Below are positions 1 through 12,920 of a stretch of DNA of 64,000 bases, piece after piece. The notes under the pieces are model-generated. The model had not been told where the DNA came from and did not search any database. It saw only the letters and a list, made by a program, of their open reading frames with translations. The stretch covers positions 57,538,001-57,602,000 of the forward strand of contig CM059438.1 of assembly GCA_030390025.1 (NCBI GenBank). Direction: 5' to 3'. Numbering within the stretch: the first letter of the stretch is position 1; the number at the start of each line of letters is the position of its first letter. The DNA comes from Squalus acanthias. Taxonomy: Eukaryota. The position numbers and the translations under genes are program-made.

Positions 1-310
1 TCCTACAGGAATGTCTGGGCCTCTGCTTCCCTGGACTCCTCCCCGCCCCCCCCCTTTCCCATCTGTGAGACCTTGCCTAACCCCTACCCCCGCAACTCAC
101 CTGACTGGCAGTGGGCAGCCCCCGGGCTGTCCAATCTTCACCTGCTGGCAGCCAGCCAACTGCCTCTATGCCAGTTTTGTGTGGGCAGCTGGCCGGCGAG
201 ACGTTAATGAGGCCCAGCTATTAAAATTAGCCAGCCCCGCCCGCATGGAGATGCACAGGCGGCAAGTTCGGCGGCTCCCCCTGGATTTACACTCGGGAGT
301 TAAAATCCCC
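1..310. mobile_element. Right end of a GC-rich Harbinger-type MITE
   Basis: Ends in GAGTTAAAATCCCC, resembling the GGG..ATTTTAAC/GTTAAAATC..CCC termini of other MITEs here (e.g. 21536-22187); left end lies outside the window. Confidence 0.4.
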
Positions 311-1007
311 GCTATTGGGTCAGACGCCAACTCAGTATCCTACTCCTTTCGAACTCCAAGGCTGCCCTCACAGGTTTGTTTGGGCAGCACCAGACTTGCC
401 AATCATTAGCAGTAGCCCAGAGGAATCCATTTGATCGTGACTGACGCTAGAGTTTAGCCAATGGAAAAACAATTTAGGGTCATGTTTGTGTAGTTGTGTG
501 CCCTTGCAGATGAATGGATCCTGCCCTTAGTGATCCTCCTAGCCTCAGGATGTGCTGTATCATAATCTTCCCTTACCAGAAACATTTGCTCACTCTGAAG
601 AGACTTTGGTATTGCCTTACAGTTCTCATTCCTTTGCAAATATAACAAGATTCTGCTTAGTGGGAGTACCTATTAGGTTCTTGCATGGTTTATTTTTGAC
701 TTCATCTGCAGAAGCACAGAATCATTCGCCACTTCATCTGCCATCCAGTACACCCTATCAATAATAAGTGGAGTCTGGGCCAAACTTCGTGGTGGGCATT
801 ATCCTTGGCATCATCACTTATAGCACAGATGTCATCAGCCACTGTGACTTGGCAGTCATCCTTTGTTGTGAGTACACCATCTTGTTTAAGACAACTAAAA
901 GCTTCCATCTTAATCAAGAAGATAACCAGCCAGTGGTCCAAAATTTCTCATTGGGATTGAGCATTGAAATTGGAAACAAAGCACACAGCAAGCTATTCAC
1001 GGCCACA

Positions 1008-2147
1008 TCTTCTTCTTCTTAGGCAGTCCCTCGGAACTGAGGATGACTTGCTTCCACACTAAAAATTAGTTCTCAGGTGACTGGTGAGTCCAATGCGGGA
1101 CCTACAGGCTCTGTCACAGGTGGGGCAGACGGTGGTTGAAGGGGTGGGTGGGTGGGATGCTTGGGTTGATGTGCGCTCCTTGCGCTGCTTGCACTTGGCT
1201 TCCGCTTGTTCCCGGCAAAGAGACTCGAGGTGTTCGGCGCCTTCCCGGATGCTTCTCCTCCACTTTGTGCGGTCTTGGGCCAGGGATTCCCAGGTGTCGG
1301 TGGGGATGTTGCACTTTTTCCAGGAGGCTTTGAGGGTGTCCTTGAAGTGTTTCCTCTGTCCACCTGGGGCTCTCTTGCCCTGTCGGAGCTCCGAGTAGAG
1401 CGCTTGTTTTGGAAGTCTCGTATCGGGCATGCAGACGATGTGGCCCGTCCATCGGAGCTGATCGAGCGTGGTCAAAACTTTGATGCTGGGGATGTTGGCC
1501 TGAGCGAGAACACTGACGTTGGTGTGCCTATCCTGCCAATGGATTTGCAGGATCTTGCGGAGGCATCGTTGGTGGTACCTCTCCAGTGCTTTGAGGTGCC
1601 TTCTGTACATGGTCCATGTCTCTGAAGCATACAGGAGGGCGGGTATCACTACTGCTATGTAGACCATGAGCTTGGTGCTGGGTTTGAGGTCCTGGTCTTC
1701 AAACACTCTCTTCCTCAGGCGACCGAAGGCTGCACTGGCACACTGAAGGCGGTGTTGGGCTTCGTCATCAACGTCTGCCCTTGTTGACAGTAGGCTCCTG
1801 AGGTATGGAAAGTGGTCCACGTTGTCAAAGGCCTCATCATGGATTTTGATAATCGGTGAGTAGTACTGTGTGGCAGGGGCAGGTTGGTAGAGGACCTTTG
1901 TCTTACGGATGTTTAGTGTAAGGCCTATGCTCTCGTATGCTTCGGTGAAGGTGTTGACGATGGTTTGGAGTTCGACCTCAGAGTGTGCGCAGATGCAAGC
2001 GTAGTCTGCATACTGCAATTTGATGACAGAGGATGGGACGACCTTGGATCTGGACTGGAGGCGACGGAGGTTGAACAGTTTCCCGTTTGTTCTGTAGATT
2101 AGCTCCACTCCAGCGGGGAGCTTACTGAGGGTGAGATGGAGCATTGC
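1008..2147 (-). mobile_element. 5'-truncated RTE-clade LINE (RT C-terminus, 3' (GAA)n tail)
   Basis: ORF 1059-2339(-) has YRTNGKLFNLRRL, LQYADY (YADD-like), QLRWTGH..RLPKQ.LY.EL and a terminal CPTCDRAC..SH knuckle; (TTC)n run at 1008-1020. Confidence 0.92.
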
Positions 2148-3533
2148 ACATGCTGGGTTGCTGTACCTCTCCAGATGCCATGCAAATACCACATGATTGG
2201 TGAATCTCAGAAATGAAGCAAGAAGCACTATGCTAGAGGGATTTGCACCACCACTGAAGCTCCATGACTGATGTATTCCAGTCAGTAGCAAGGAACAGTC
2301 AGAAAACCATTCCGCGAGGATATCCAGAGATATATTCACATTTCTGAGATTCCTCTACAGCATCAAAGTAATTTCTCATCTAGTTTACCTCTGTCCAGAT
2401 GAATACACATAGTACCTATGCTTGTGACTAATGTGGTAAAGTAGATTAAACACACTTTAGCCCAGATATCAACCTGTGCCTTTCAATGTCCTGTTGCCAG
2501 ATAATAGCATTGAATGACGCAGTTCATGCTGCAGCTTCTGAGACCTATACATGCAAATGCACAACAAGGCCAAAGCTTCTGAAAAAGTATCTTTGCCCAA
2601 ACAAGGTTAGCCCAGCACATCTCAACTTCCTCTGTATGTAGGTCCTAGCAGTGATCAGAGGCATGTCTAGGTCTTCAGCACAACTTGTATCTGGGTCCAT
2701 AGTCCATTTAACTGCTTGGTAACTATGGAATCATAGGCAATGGTAATTTAAAATTCCACATATTTCCTGTAAGGCAAGGACACAAATCTGTTCCTGGGCA
2801 AGAAGAAGTTCTTTCTCAGATGTCTTACTATCCAAGGAGTTGTTATTCCAAGTGGAAAGCAGAGATTAGCTCTTGGAGAGGAATTCTTGTGCTTCCATGA
2901 TGGAGTAATTTATAAGTCAGGTTGAGAATGACGACTATTGTAGTGTCCAGGTGAATATGCGCATTACCAACACGGGTGATTAATGGCCTAAAGTACACTG
3001 AACACACAGCTCAGATCTCAATCTGAATCTTCTCAGATCCTGGTGCTAGATGACAGCATTGAATGATGAACTCCATGTCGAGGTTCTCATCAGGGGGCCT
3101 CTCAAGGATACCATGATCAGGTATGTTAACTATCCTAGGTGCAACACTGAAGTTGATCCTGGCATTGATGTCCAACCCAGCATTTTGCCGAGAACTCCCC
3201 TGAGCATGCCCAGGAGAATAATATGCTTCATAGTCTGTGTATCAGGGTGCAACAATAAAGAATCATAAAAATTTCAGTGAAGAAGAAAACCACTTGTGCT
3301 GCTGCTAGCTCCCCACCAGAGTTATCTACTCTAATCCAATATCCTGCTCTTCCCACATATTTTGCTTTGTGTTTAATTTCCTCTTAAGTACCATGAAATA
3401 TTTTTATACCAACAATTCATAGAGCAACAGAGAAGTTGACCTACTGATCCCCTATTCCAACTATAGGAGAAACTGGAACTGCGACATAGAGGTCAAAAAT
3501 AAGGAACTAAGATATAAACTACTTAAAACTTAC

Positions 3534-3560
3534 TTTAATGGATCTACTTGCAGAGAAGTC
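3534..3560 (-). CDS. Host-gene microexon, 27 nt (TSLQVDPL)
   Basis: aatttctag|GACTTCTCTGCAAGTAGATCCATTAAA|gtaagt; symmetric phase 2; flanks paralogous to exons at 8334 and 10241. Confidence 0.75.
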
Positions 3561-5529
3561 CTAGAAATTAAAATTAGTATTGTCAAACAGAGGAAAACTA
3601 GTTACTGCAACTAATTAATATTAAAATGCAATCTAAACAATATAATATATGAAATGGGGGCTAAATTCAAAAATGGGCACGGGAATTGTGAAGGGCGATT
3701 AACCCGTGCCCGTTGCTTCTGATGCAGACAGCAGGCAAACTTCATGCTGCCTGCTAATTTAAATGATTGCAGTGTTGATGCAGTGCTAAATGCGCTGTTG
3801 ATTGGCTGCACGCTTCAGCAGGGGGCCCAAGTTCGTGCGAGGTTAGCACCACTGAAAGCCAGCCTGCACTACTTAAAGTCAGCCTGCACCTCTTAAAGGG
3901 GAGGTGCATTCTGGCTGGAGCAGGTGCTGGAAGTGGCTGGGGAAGAGAGTCTGACCTGCAAGAACAGTGACTAATGGTGCAACAGGGAAGAGAGCTTGCT
4001 CCAAGGTTCTCAGACACTGCACTGGAGGCCTTGGTGGAGGAGGTGGACAGGAGCAGAGAGGTCCTATATCCACAGGGGGCCATGAGCCCCTCAATGACTA
4101 TCCCTGCAAAGGCAATGGGAGCAGGTAGCTGAGGTGGTCAATGCCAGAAGTTAAGCCCCGAGGACCTGGATGCAGTGCTGCAAAAAGTTCAATGACCTCA
4201 CACCAGGGGTCAAGGTCAGTGAATTCATCTTCAAATGCCATTTCCCACCAACTGCACCATTAGCCTCACACACTGCTCAATGCACCACACCCCCATCACT
4301 CACCTACCAACAATCTCTATCAAACAGGACTCATACCTTACATTCATATGCTTCACTTCACCCTCAAACACTTACCACTGCTGCAAGCCTCACACCCACA
4401 TTTCACAGTTTGCACACACTGCCAGCTATTCAACCATGGCAGCCACATCACCCAAACACAATGCACCACACTCACTGAAACAATTCCCTCTCTCTTTTAG
4501 GACACACCCACTTAGCTTGCAAGCACACCAACCCTTCTCTTTCTATGTACTTCCTCACATCCCCATCTATCCATTCACCATTACCACTCATCCTGATCTT
4601 TATGCAATTTGATGCCTTTTCCTGATAGTCACCCTCACCAAATGCACGGCATCCATCGGGTGAACACATGTCATTACACTCACTCATCGGTTTGCCATTT
4701 CCCCAATGCAGAAGAGAGAGCAAAACACAAGGGAGAGGGAGGGAACCGGAGGTGGTCCTCCACAGATCTCACAGCTAACAACTGCAGTGGAGGAAGCGCT
4801 GGAGATCAGTGGCATATTGGCAACCCTGGCCATCGGAGATTGGGACCTCCCAGCTACCCGGTGACAGAATTAAATATCAACCCATATGTCATACGGCAAT
4901 CAGTCATGTTGACTTGATTTCAGCAGTGAGTGACATATGATCTTCTTCATAATGATAAGTTGCAGCATTCTTACCTTGCCAGTACTAATTCATATCTTTT
5001 CCCTCTGCTAGGGCCTTCACGCATACATCAGCAGTTGCTGCACCTCGCGGATGATGAATCCTTAGACGAGCTGATTCCTTCTGAGGGTGCACCATCACAG
5101 GGCTCATGCTTAACATGCACCAGCGCAGATACTCACACTTTGGTGAGTCCAATTAGACAGATAGTTGGGTTTTCACCTGGTGACTCACAGTTCACAAGTG
5201 AGCAAGAGACAGTAGTAGCAGAGACAGCTTTGGAGAGTCCGTGTCAGAGGACTCAGCCTTCTCCTAGGTCTGCTCAGCTGGACACAAATGCTGTATCCCT
5301 GGGGCTGTCAATGATAAAGATAATCATTGGGGGCAGCAGAAAATCTGCGACATACTGGCAGGCCTTCCACGCACACTATCCACGATTGCAGAGAGAATGG
5401 AGGAGTCCACCGTAAGCACGAGTGAGTTGATGTCGCAGGGCATTGCGGCGATGTCTTCTTACATGGATAGAGTGGCCAACTCCGTGGAAGGTCAATTGCA
5501 GCAATTAAATGAGTCCATGCAGGCCTTGA

Positions 5530-6010
5530 CCTGAGGGTGGAGGAGACAGGGGAGTGGGGTTTAAGAAGACGGTTTGCAGTAGAGAAAAGAAGCCGGGGGT
5601 TATCTCTGCATTCCAGGATGATCCTGGAATAGTGAGCAATTTTCGCAGACGAGAGCAGGACCCGATAGTGCTTTCTGCAGTCCAGCCAGATTGGACGATG
5701 AATGGCTTAACCAGTTGTCCGGCATATACGTTCAAGTCTACGTCGCTTGGACTTAAGGAAGCGGAGATGAGGGCCGCACCAGTGGGAACGACCAGGGTGA
5801 GAGAGAGTAATGGCTTTAATGGGGACTAAGGCATCAAAGGTGGAGGTGAGGGTGTGGTTGAGCAGATCGGTAGCTGCAGAAATGCCGTGGTGATTGGAAG
5901 GCCGAAGGCTAGACAGGAGGGATTTCGAAAGTGCTGTTGTAAGTGAATTGGGAGAGAGCTTTTTCTGACACAGAAGGAAGTAGGGTTGGGAGGAGGAAAG
6001 GGGATGTGGG
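5530..6010 (-). mobile_element. L2-clade LINE ORF2 fragment inserted in H1
   Basis: Peptide ATDLLNHTLTSTFDALVP...W..PHLR.LKSKRRRLERI.R, typical of the L2 region between EN and RT. Confidence 0.7.
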
Positions 6011-6359
6011 TGCAGAGCGATACAAGAACAGCCTGCCTCTAGCTCTGCTGAAGCCACAGGAGTAGGAGCAGTAGGAAAAGGAAGAGCAAAGCTTTGTAGT
6101 TGCACAAGGGTATGCAGATGGGTGTTTGAGAAAATGTTACGTTGTTAAGTTTCCATTGTTTAGTAGAATCACATAAAATTTATTACTTTGCACCACTTTC
6201 CCGTGTTGCACATTCTTGATTGCTGCGTGGCAACTCGCCTTTTCAGTTGCTTGTTGATGAATGGGAAGACATGAATTTACAGGGACCAATGGTGGTATGT
6301 GCAATGGGTGGATGTGCAATGGGTGGATGGTTGCTTGCAGGACTGCTTTGAGACAGTGC

Positions 6360-6531
6360 CCATGATGTGGAGATGCCGGTGTTGGACTGGGGTGGACAAA
6401 TGTGAGAAGTCGCACAACACCAGGTTATAGTCCAACAGTTTTATTCACCTGACGAAGGAGCAGTGCTCTGAAAGCTTGTGATTTCAAATAAAACTGTTGG
6501 ACTATAACCTGGTGTTGTGCGACTTCTCACA
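6360..6531. mobile_element. Penelope-like element hairpin insertion P1 with minimal hammerhead motif
   Basis: Inverted arms; CTGACGA-aggagc-agt-gctct-GAAA-gctt at 6449-6477; 13-bp TSD TTTGAGACAGTGC. Confidence 0.85.
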
Positions 6532-8333
6532 TTTGAGACAGTGCATTGGGGTTGGTGGGGGCGGGGTGGCAGGAGATGAGAGTGGCCAGTGGATGTGATT
6601 GTCACATCAGTCCAGTGGCAGTAACTAACTGAACCTTGCAGCTATAAGGGAATGCCTGGCATCCCGGGCAGCAATGTGAGTGGCTGGCACTGCATTGGGG
6701 TCACCATCATCCTTTCTCCTCCTCCCCGGATTCGTCCGCAGATGATGTGTGCTCAGCATCTTATTCCTCCTGCAGCTCCAATCCTTGCTGTTGCACAATG
6801 TTGTGCAGAGTGCAGCACACCACGATCATTCTGGATACCCTGGCTGGCGAGTACTGAAGAGTGCCTCCAGATCTGTCCAGGCAGTCATATGGCTGTCGTT
6901 GTACCGCTCTTGGGCTTCATTGGTGGGCTTTCTCACGGGTATCATTAGCCAAGTTTGAAGGGGGTATCCTTTGTCTCCCTGCAGGTCCAAAGAGGTCGGG
7001 GAGCTTGGACTGCCGCAGGATGAATGAACCATGGCAGCTCCCTGGGAATCTGACGCACACCTGCATAAACCTTTTCTTGTGGTTGCACACCAGCTGCACA
7101 TTGATGGAGTGGAATCTTTTGTGGTTTACGAATACTCCTGATGATCTGGGGGTGCACAGATTGCCACGTATGTGCAATCGATAACGCTCTGCACCTGTGG
7201 GAAGCCAGCCAGAGATGCAAACCCGAGCGTCCGTTCATTCGGACTAGCGTCATCACAGGTGAAGTTGACATAATTGCCGACCCTGGCAAACATTCCATCA
7301 ATGACCTACCTTATGCATTTATGTGCAGCCGACTGGGAGATCCTGGATATGTTTCTAGCAGTGCCTTGGAAGGATCTGGAGGCAAGAAAGCTGAGGGCAG
7401 TAGTCACTTTCACAGCCACTGCTAATGCGTGGCTACCAGGTCCAGCAGGGAGCATGTCTTCTTCTAGCAGGCTGCAGTTGTCTGCCACCACCTGACGCAA
7501 CAACCTCAGCCTCCGGAAGCACAGCTCTTCCAAGGTCTAGGAAGCTGAGCATCTGCCTGTACACCCGGGTAGAGCCTCCTGCGAGCTCCACCCCTCTGCT
7601 CCTCCCTCTCTGCTGCTGCTCCCCTCTCTGCTGCCGCTCCCCTCTCTGTTGACCACTTGCAGGTCAATCCACAGCAGGCTGTTGTTTTTGCTAATGGTCA
7701 CCTTGCTCCTCGTCTGAGTTCTGATCTAAGGCAGCCGAGTTGCCACCCATCCTGTTCCGAGTGTCAAAACCTCCAAAGCTCAGAGGCTAATCTCTCACCA
7801 TAAGTACTCTGAACAAACCCTTTCCCGGTAGTAGGTAAAAAAAAAAGCAGCTGTGAGCACTGAGTATTTATTGCTGTATTAGCCTGACTTTTAATGAACC
7901 ATGTGAATTGCCGTTGTGTTTCGCCTTGGTATCAATGGCGAGTTTCAGGAAGCCCGGAAAACCTGTGGATGCGCTGTTAAATTCGAATGCAGGTTGAAAT
8001 ATTGCTACAATGTTGTGATTAACATATTTAAATTGCTAACCCACCTCTCTGGAGGGGATTACGCGCAATCAGCTGAACACGCCAGAGTTTAACTTGTAAG
8101 TCGGTGCGTCGGAGTTGGCGTCCAGACACAAACGCATTTTTGGGCACTTTAACCCTCACCCGCACCTAAACCCATGTGTTGCTCCATGTTAAAATTCACT
8201 CCACTATCAAATTCACAGGCAGCGTGGGATTGACTTCCTGATCAACTATAGGAAGAAGTGGAGCTGCAAGAAGTGATCGAGAAATGAGAAAGTGATGAGA
8301 CACATAAAAAGATAAGAAATGATTATATCTTAC

Positions 8334-8360
8334 TGTAAAGGATTTTCTTCATTGTAAATC
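8334..8360 (-). CDS. Host-gene microexon, 27 nt (IYNEENPL)
   Basis: aatttctag|GATTTACAATGAAGAAAATCCTTTACA|gtaaga; symmetric phase 2, open frame. Confidence 0.75.
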
Positions 8361-8559
8361 CTAGAAATTGAAATCAATATTATTAGATAGAAGCAAACTA
8401 GTTACTGCAGTTATTTAATATTGAGATGTAAATGGACGATCATTTTAATCAAGAGCTACACAAATTGATATATACTACATCCTTGCTATGTCAATTTCTG
8501 AAATACACTGTCCCTCATAACTCTGATGCATTCTAATCTCTCAACGTATGCTAGTTTTG

Positions 8560-9702
8560 TCATTACGGTACAGGATTATTAACCCAGACATCATGAGGTC
8601 AAATTCCATGGTAAATTGAGCAATTAAATTTAATGGCCTGGAGTTTCCGCTCGATTACACTTTTCTTCAGCGCAATTCGCCCGATATCGGCGTAACCAAC
8701 ACAAAAGATCGCGGAATTTTAAGCACAAATTGCGTTCAGCGCAACTCGAGTTTCCACGATCTTTTGCGCTAGTTTTAAAAACATCACGCTAGAAGCAGGT
8801 CCCGCCCACAAAACTGAGCATGCCCCCCGGGTGAATTAATCACCATGGTGAGTTTCCGCTAATTGCGCTCGTTTGCAGGCCTTCGAGGAGGCTCTAAAAT
8901 TTAAGCTGGATCTTTTGGGCGCAACGATACTAACAGGTACGTTTTGAAAGGTTTGAATGATTTTTTTTTAAATTTACTAAGGAACTCACGACTGTACCCC
9001 AATCTAACTAGAAAGTAGTTTTGTGTATTTTTTAAAAGTCATTTTCAGTAATATAAAATCAGGTTACTCACAGGTGGTGGATTGACAGTTATTTAAAATG
9101 CTTATTTTTGGTGATAAACCCATTTTCAGCAGTATTAATCAAACTTTTCCAAGTTACCACTCTTACATATATCAAGGAATATTTATTAAACCAATTTTTT
9201 TTTTTAAATTACATTTTAAAACGCTGCTCGATTGCGCTGGTTCATGGCAGATTTTGCGTTCATCGATATGATGCAAATGAGTTTGAGCAGAAAGTCGGGG
9301 AAACAAAACACTTTTCAAAATGGCCGCAATTTTGGGTGCAAGTTGTGCCGGAATTGTCGATTGCGCCCAAAGCTCTACCCAAATAAATCTAGCAATTTTG
9401 AGCTGACACTAATAAAAATGATTATGAATGCTGCTAGATTGTTGTAAAAACCTCAACTTGTTCACTAATGTACTTCAGGGAAGGACATCTGCCAACCCTA
9501 CCTGGTCTGGCTGCCAAGTGATTCTAGTTCATGCTATATGGTTAACTCTTAATGCATTCTAAAGGGGCCTAGCAAACCTGTCAGATGCAAAAACATTGGC
9601 TACGAAGAAAGCCCACCACCACTTTATCAATGCAACTAGGGATGGACAACAAATGTGGCGTTGTCAGTGTCGCTAACATCCTGAGAACAAATTTTTAAAA
9701 AA
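8560..9702 (+). mobile_element. Old SacSINE1/DeuSINE-like SINE split by a MITE
   Basis: Deu-domain-like GTAAAAACC..GTTCACTAATG..CAGGGAAGG..CTGCC..CCTACCTGGTCTGG at 9444-9510; tail GCAACTAGGGATGG..AAATG shared with LINE family B; 5' part at 8560-8634. Confidence 0.65.
8635..9380. mobile_element. Non-autonomous Harbinger-type MITE
   Basis: CpG-rich ends with an AT-rich core; cleanly interrupts the SINE at an AAT site; imperfect GGCC/ACCC termini. Confidence 0.55.
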
Positions 9703-10240
9703 GTTACACACCACCCCCGTCACTGCAAACACTATCTTTTAATGCACCTTAATTAAATCTTAGCTAAGTCCTGTCAAGCTCCATGTTGCTGAGCGTTATC
9801 TCTGTCAATGTTGAGACAATATCTGTTCTGCCGAAGTTGGCTGCAGTAAAATGGTGACAAGGACCAGTCTGATAGTTTGGGTTAGAGGGCCTCTTGATGA
9901 AACATGTGATGTTGGTTGGAACCACATTGTGCTTACTTCACAGATGCTCTGAAATCATTTTTAATAATCATACTGGCAAACAGGACTTCAGTACAATGTC
10001 CCAAGGAAAGGACAGTGGCTTTAAACAGTGTCCATGTCACCTCATTAACAGCACTCAACAATACTAATGATACAACTGCTCTTTGAGGCAGCCAGCACTC
10101 ACTAACACCTCAATAACTGCAAATAATGGCACACTTGATAGTTATAAACCTATTGATGCCCTTCAGCTGTTAATATCTTATTTTACTCAAAGTGTACTGA
10201 AGATATCAGAGTCAGTAACATGTTAGAAAAATCATCTTAC

Positions 10241-10264
10241 CTGGCACCTGTTGTATTTTCAGGC
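10241..10264 (-). CDS. Host-gene microexon, 24 nt (PENTTGA)
   Basis: aatttctag|GCCTGAAAATACAACAGGTGCCAG|gtaaga; symmetric phase 2. Confidence 0.75.
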
Positions 10265-10447
10265 CTAGAAATTAAAATCAGTATTGTAAAGAGGGAATAT
10301 ACTGCATACTGGAAGTAGTTATTAAAATGCAATAATCTCTCCAAATACATTGTGTGATGCATCCATTCCTCTCCCTTGATCAGCCCACCACTATTATGAT
10401 AACTTTTTTGTTAATTGGTAGCCCCTTGCTTCAGAGCTGAACTATAC

Positions 10448-11210
10448 GGCCCTGATATTAACCTGGAGACGAGAACAGAGCTTGCGAGAGCAGTAGTGGG
10501 CAACGAGTCCGCAACATCACGCAACGTGGGAGGCCTGGCCAATTTTAACAGCCAGGTGTTACTTAAATAATGCTTCCAGGTTTCGCCTCAGGATCACATG
10601 TCTCCGAGCTTGCCGTCCACCCACATGACACAATTTCCCAACGACTACTTAAAACCTCAGTCCAGCTCTGTAAGGGAGGCTGAATGATAGTAGTATAACG
10701 ACATTGAAATTGAAGTTAAAAAATCGATTGAATGGCTGGAAAGAGGGAAGGTGGCTCCCAGATTCTCTGATGCTTCCCTGGAGGTCCTGCTGGGTGCAGT
10801 GAGAGCCAGGAGGGATGTGCTGTTCCCCACAGTGGGAGGAAGAAACCTGTTGGCACCACAAAGAAGGCATGGATAGAGGTGGCTGAGGAAGTCAGCAGCA
10901 GGAGTGTCACACTAAGGTCATGGATCCAGTACAGGAAATGTTTCAATGACCTGACTAGGTCAGCAAAGGTCCACGAACCATCTTCACTTTTAGCCGACAT
11001 CAATACATCAACCACTATGGTCAAGTGTTTCGTGTGCACATTAATATCTTCCACCTTTCTTCTTTCCTCCAGGACCCTCACAGAAAGAACAGGCACCCCT
11101 GCCCACAGAGGATGAAGAATCCTTGGAGGACCTCATGTAGGATCTCATGCAGATCAGGCCTAATTATTGAGACTCATCGACCCCGATACTCATCGCCGTT
11201 AATATCGCAA
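10448..11210 (+). mobile_element. Harbinger deletion derivative retaining Myb/SANT exon 1
   Basis: GATATTAAC/GTTAATATC inverted ends; peptide AWIEVAEEVSSRSVTLRSWIQYRKCFNDLTRSAK. Confidence 0.75.
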
Positions 11211-11229
11211 TGGCAGGTTGGGGGTGGGG

Positions 11230-11740
11230 TGCCATCTACAAGGCACAAGTCAGGAGTGTGATGGAAAACTATCCACTTGCCAAGATGAGTGCAGCTCCAA
11301 CAACACTCAAGAAGCTCGACACCATCCAGAAAAAGCAGTCCACTTGATTGGCATCCCATCTACCACCTTAAATGTTCACTCCCTTCACCACCTGCGCACC
11401 GTGGCTGCAGTGTGTACCATGCACAGCAGCAACTCGCCAAGGCTTCTTCGACAGCACCTCTCAAACCCGCGACCTCTACCACCTAGAAGGACTAAGTCAG
11501 CAGGTGTATGGTGACACCACCACCTGCAAGTTACCCTCCAAGTCACACACCATCCTTACTTGGAAATATATCGCCGTTCCTTCATCATCGCTGGGTCAAA
11601 ATCCTGGAACTCCCTACCTAACAGCGCTATGGGAGCACCTTCACCTCACGGACTGCAGCGGTTCAATAAGGTGGCTCACCACCACCGTCTCAAGGGTAAT
11701 TAGTGATGGGCAATAAATGCTGGCCTTCCCAATGATGATG
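11230..11740 (+). mobile_element. CR1-group LINE family B, 3' end
   Basis: IYKAQVRSVME..AAPTTLKKLDTIQ peptide; tail GATGGGCAATAAATGCTGGCCTT as at 32060 and 46810. Confidence 0.85.
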
Positions 11741-12845
11741 AAGGAATGGTGATATATTTCCAAGTCAATATTGTGTTTGACTCATCCAAGCAAGTGCAGA
11801 GTATTCCATCACATTCCTGACTTATGCCTTGTAGATGGTGGAAAAGCTTTGGGGAGTCAGGAGGTGAGTCACTCGCCACAGAATACCCAGCCTCTGACCT
11901 GCTCCTGCAGCCACAGTATTTTTGTGGCTTGTCCAGTTAAGTTTCTGGTCAATGGTGGCCCCCCAGGATCTTGATGGTGGGGGATTTGGCGATGGTAATC
12001 CAATTGAATGTCTCTCTTGTTGGAGATGGTCATTGCCTGGCACTTGTGTGGCATGAATGTTACTTGCCACTTATCAGCCCAAGCCTGAATGTTGTCCAGG
12101 TCTTGCTGCACGCGGGCACGGACTTCTTCATTATCTGAGGAGTTGCGAATGGAACTGAACACTGCAATCATTAGCGAACATCCCTACTGCTGACCTTATT
12201 ATAGAGGGAAGGTCATTGATGAAGCAGCTGAAGATGGTTGGGCCTAGAATACTGCCCTGAAGAACTCGTGCAGCGATGTGTAGGGGCTGAGAAGATTGGC
12301 ATCCAACAGCCACAACTATCTTCCTTTGTGCTAGGTATGACTCCAGCCAGTGGAGAGTTTTCCCTGATTCCCATTGACTTCAATTTTACTAGGGTTCCTT
12401 GATGCCACACTTGGTCAAATGGTGCCTTGATGTCAAGGGCAGTCATTCTTACCTCACCTCTAGAATTCAGCTCTTTTCTCCATGTTTGGACCAAGGCTGT
12501 AATGAGGTCTGGAGCTGAGTGGTCCTGGTGGAACCCAAACTGAGCATTGGTGAGCAGGTTATTGGTGAGTAAGTGCCGCTTGATAGCACTGTCGACGACA
12601 CCTTCCATCACTGTGCTGATGATTGAGAGTAGGCTCCTGGGGCAGTAATTGGCTGGATTGGATTTGTCCTGCTTTTGTGGACAGCACATACCTGGGCAAT
12701 TTTCCATTTTGTCGGGTAGATGCCAGTATTGTAGCTGTACTGGAACAGCTTAGCTAGAGGCACGGCTAGTTCTGGAGCACAAGTCTTCAGCACGACAGCC
12801 GGGATACTGCCAGGGCCCATAGCCTTTGCTGTATTCAGTGCGCTC
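11741..12845 (-). mobile_element. CR1-group LINE family B, RT fragment
   Basis: Peptides NPANY, QFGF, ALDIKAPFD.VWH, QGSILGP.IF..FINDL. Confidence 0.88.
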
Positions 12846-12920
12846 GGGGGGGGGAGGGGTCAGCTGAGGGGTAATTTAGGAATATAAAGAGATCATAATT
12901 TCTACACTTTTGTACTCTAT

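Larger units (their letters stand above)
3656..8203. mobile_element. PIF/Harbinger transposon H1 with convergent Myb/SANT (+) and DDE nuclease (-) genes, decayed
   Basis: Myb exon 1 from ATG 3974 (APRFSDTALEALVEEV...W.QCCKKFNDL); HARBI1-like peptides at 6620-7750(-) ([37 protein letters not shown]); degenerate GGGG..AAATT termini. Confidence 0.85.

Noticed and set aside
1059..2339. Intact 426-aa protein
   Set aside because: The N-terminal ~64 residues are flanking DNA read in frame into a 5'-truncated RTE
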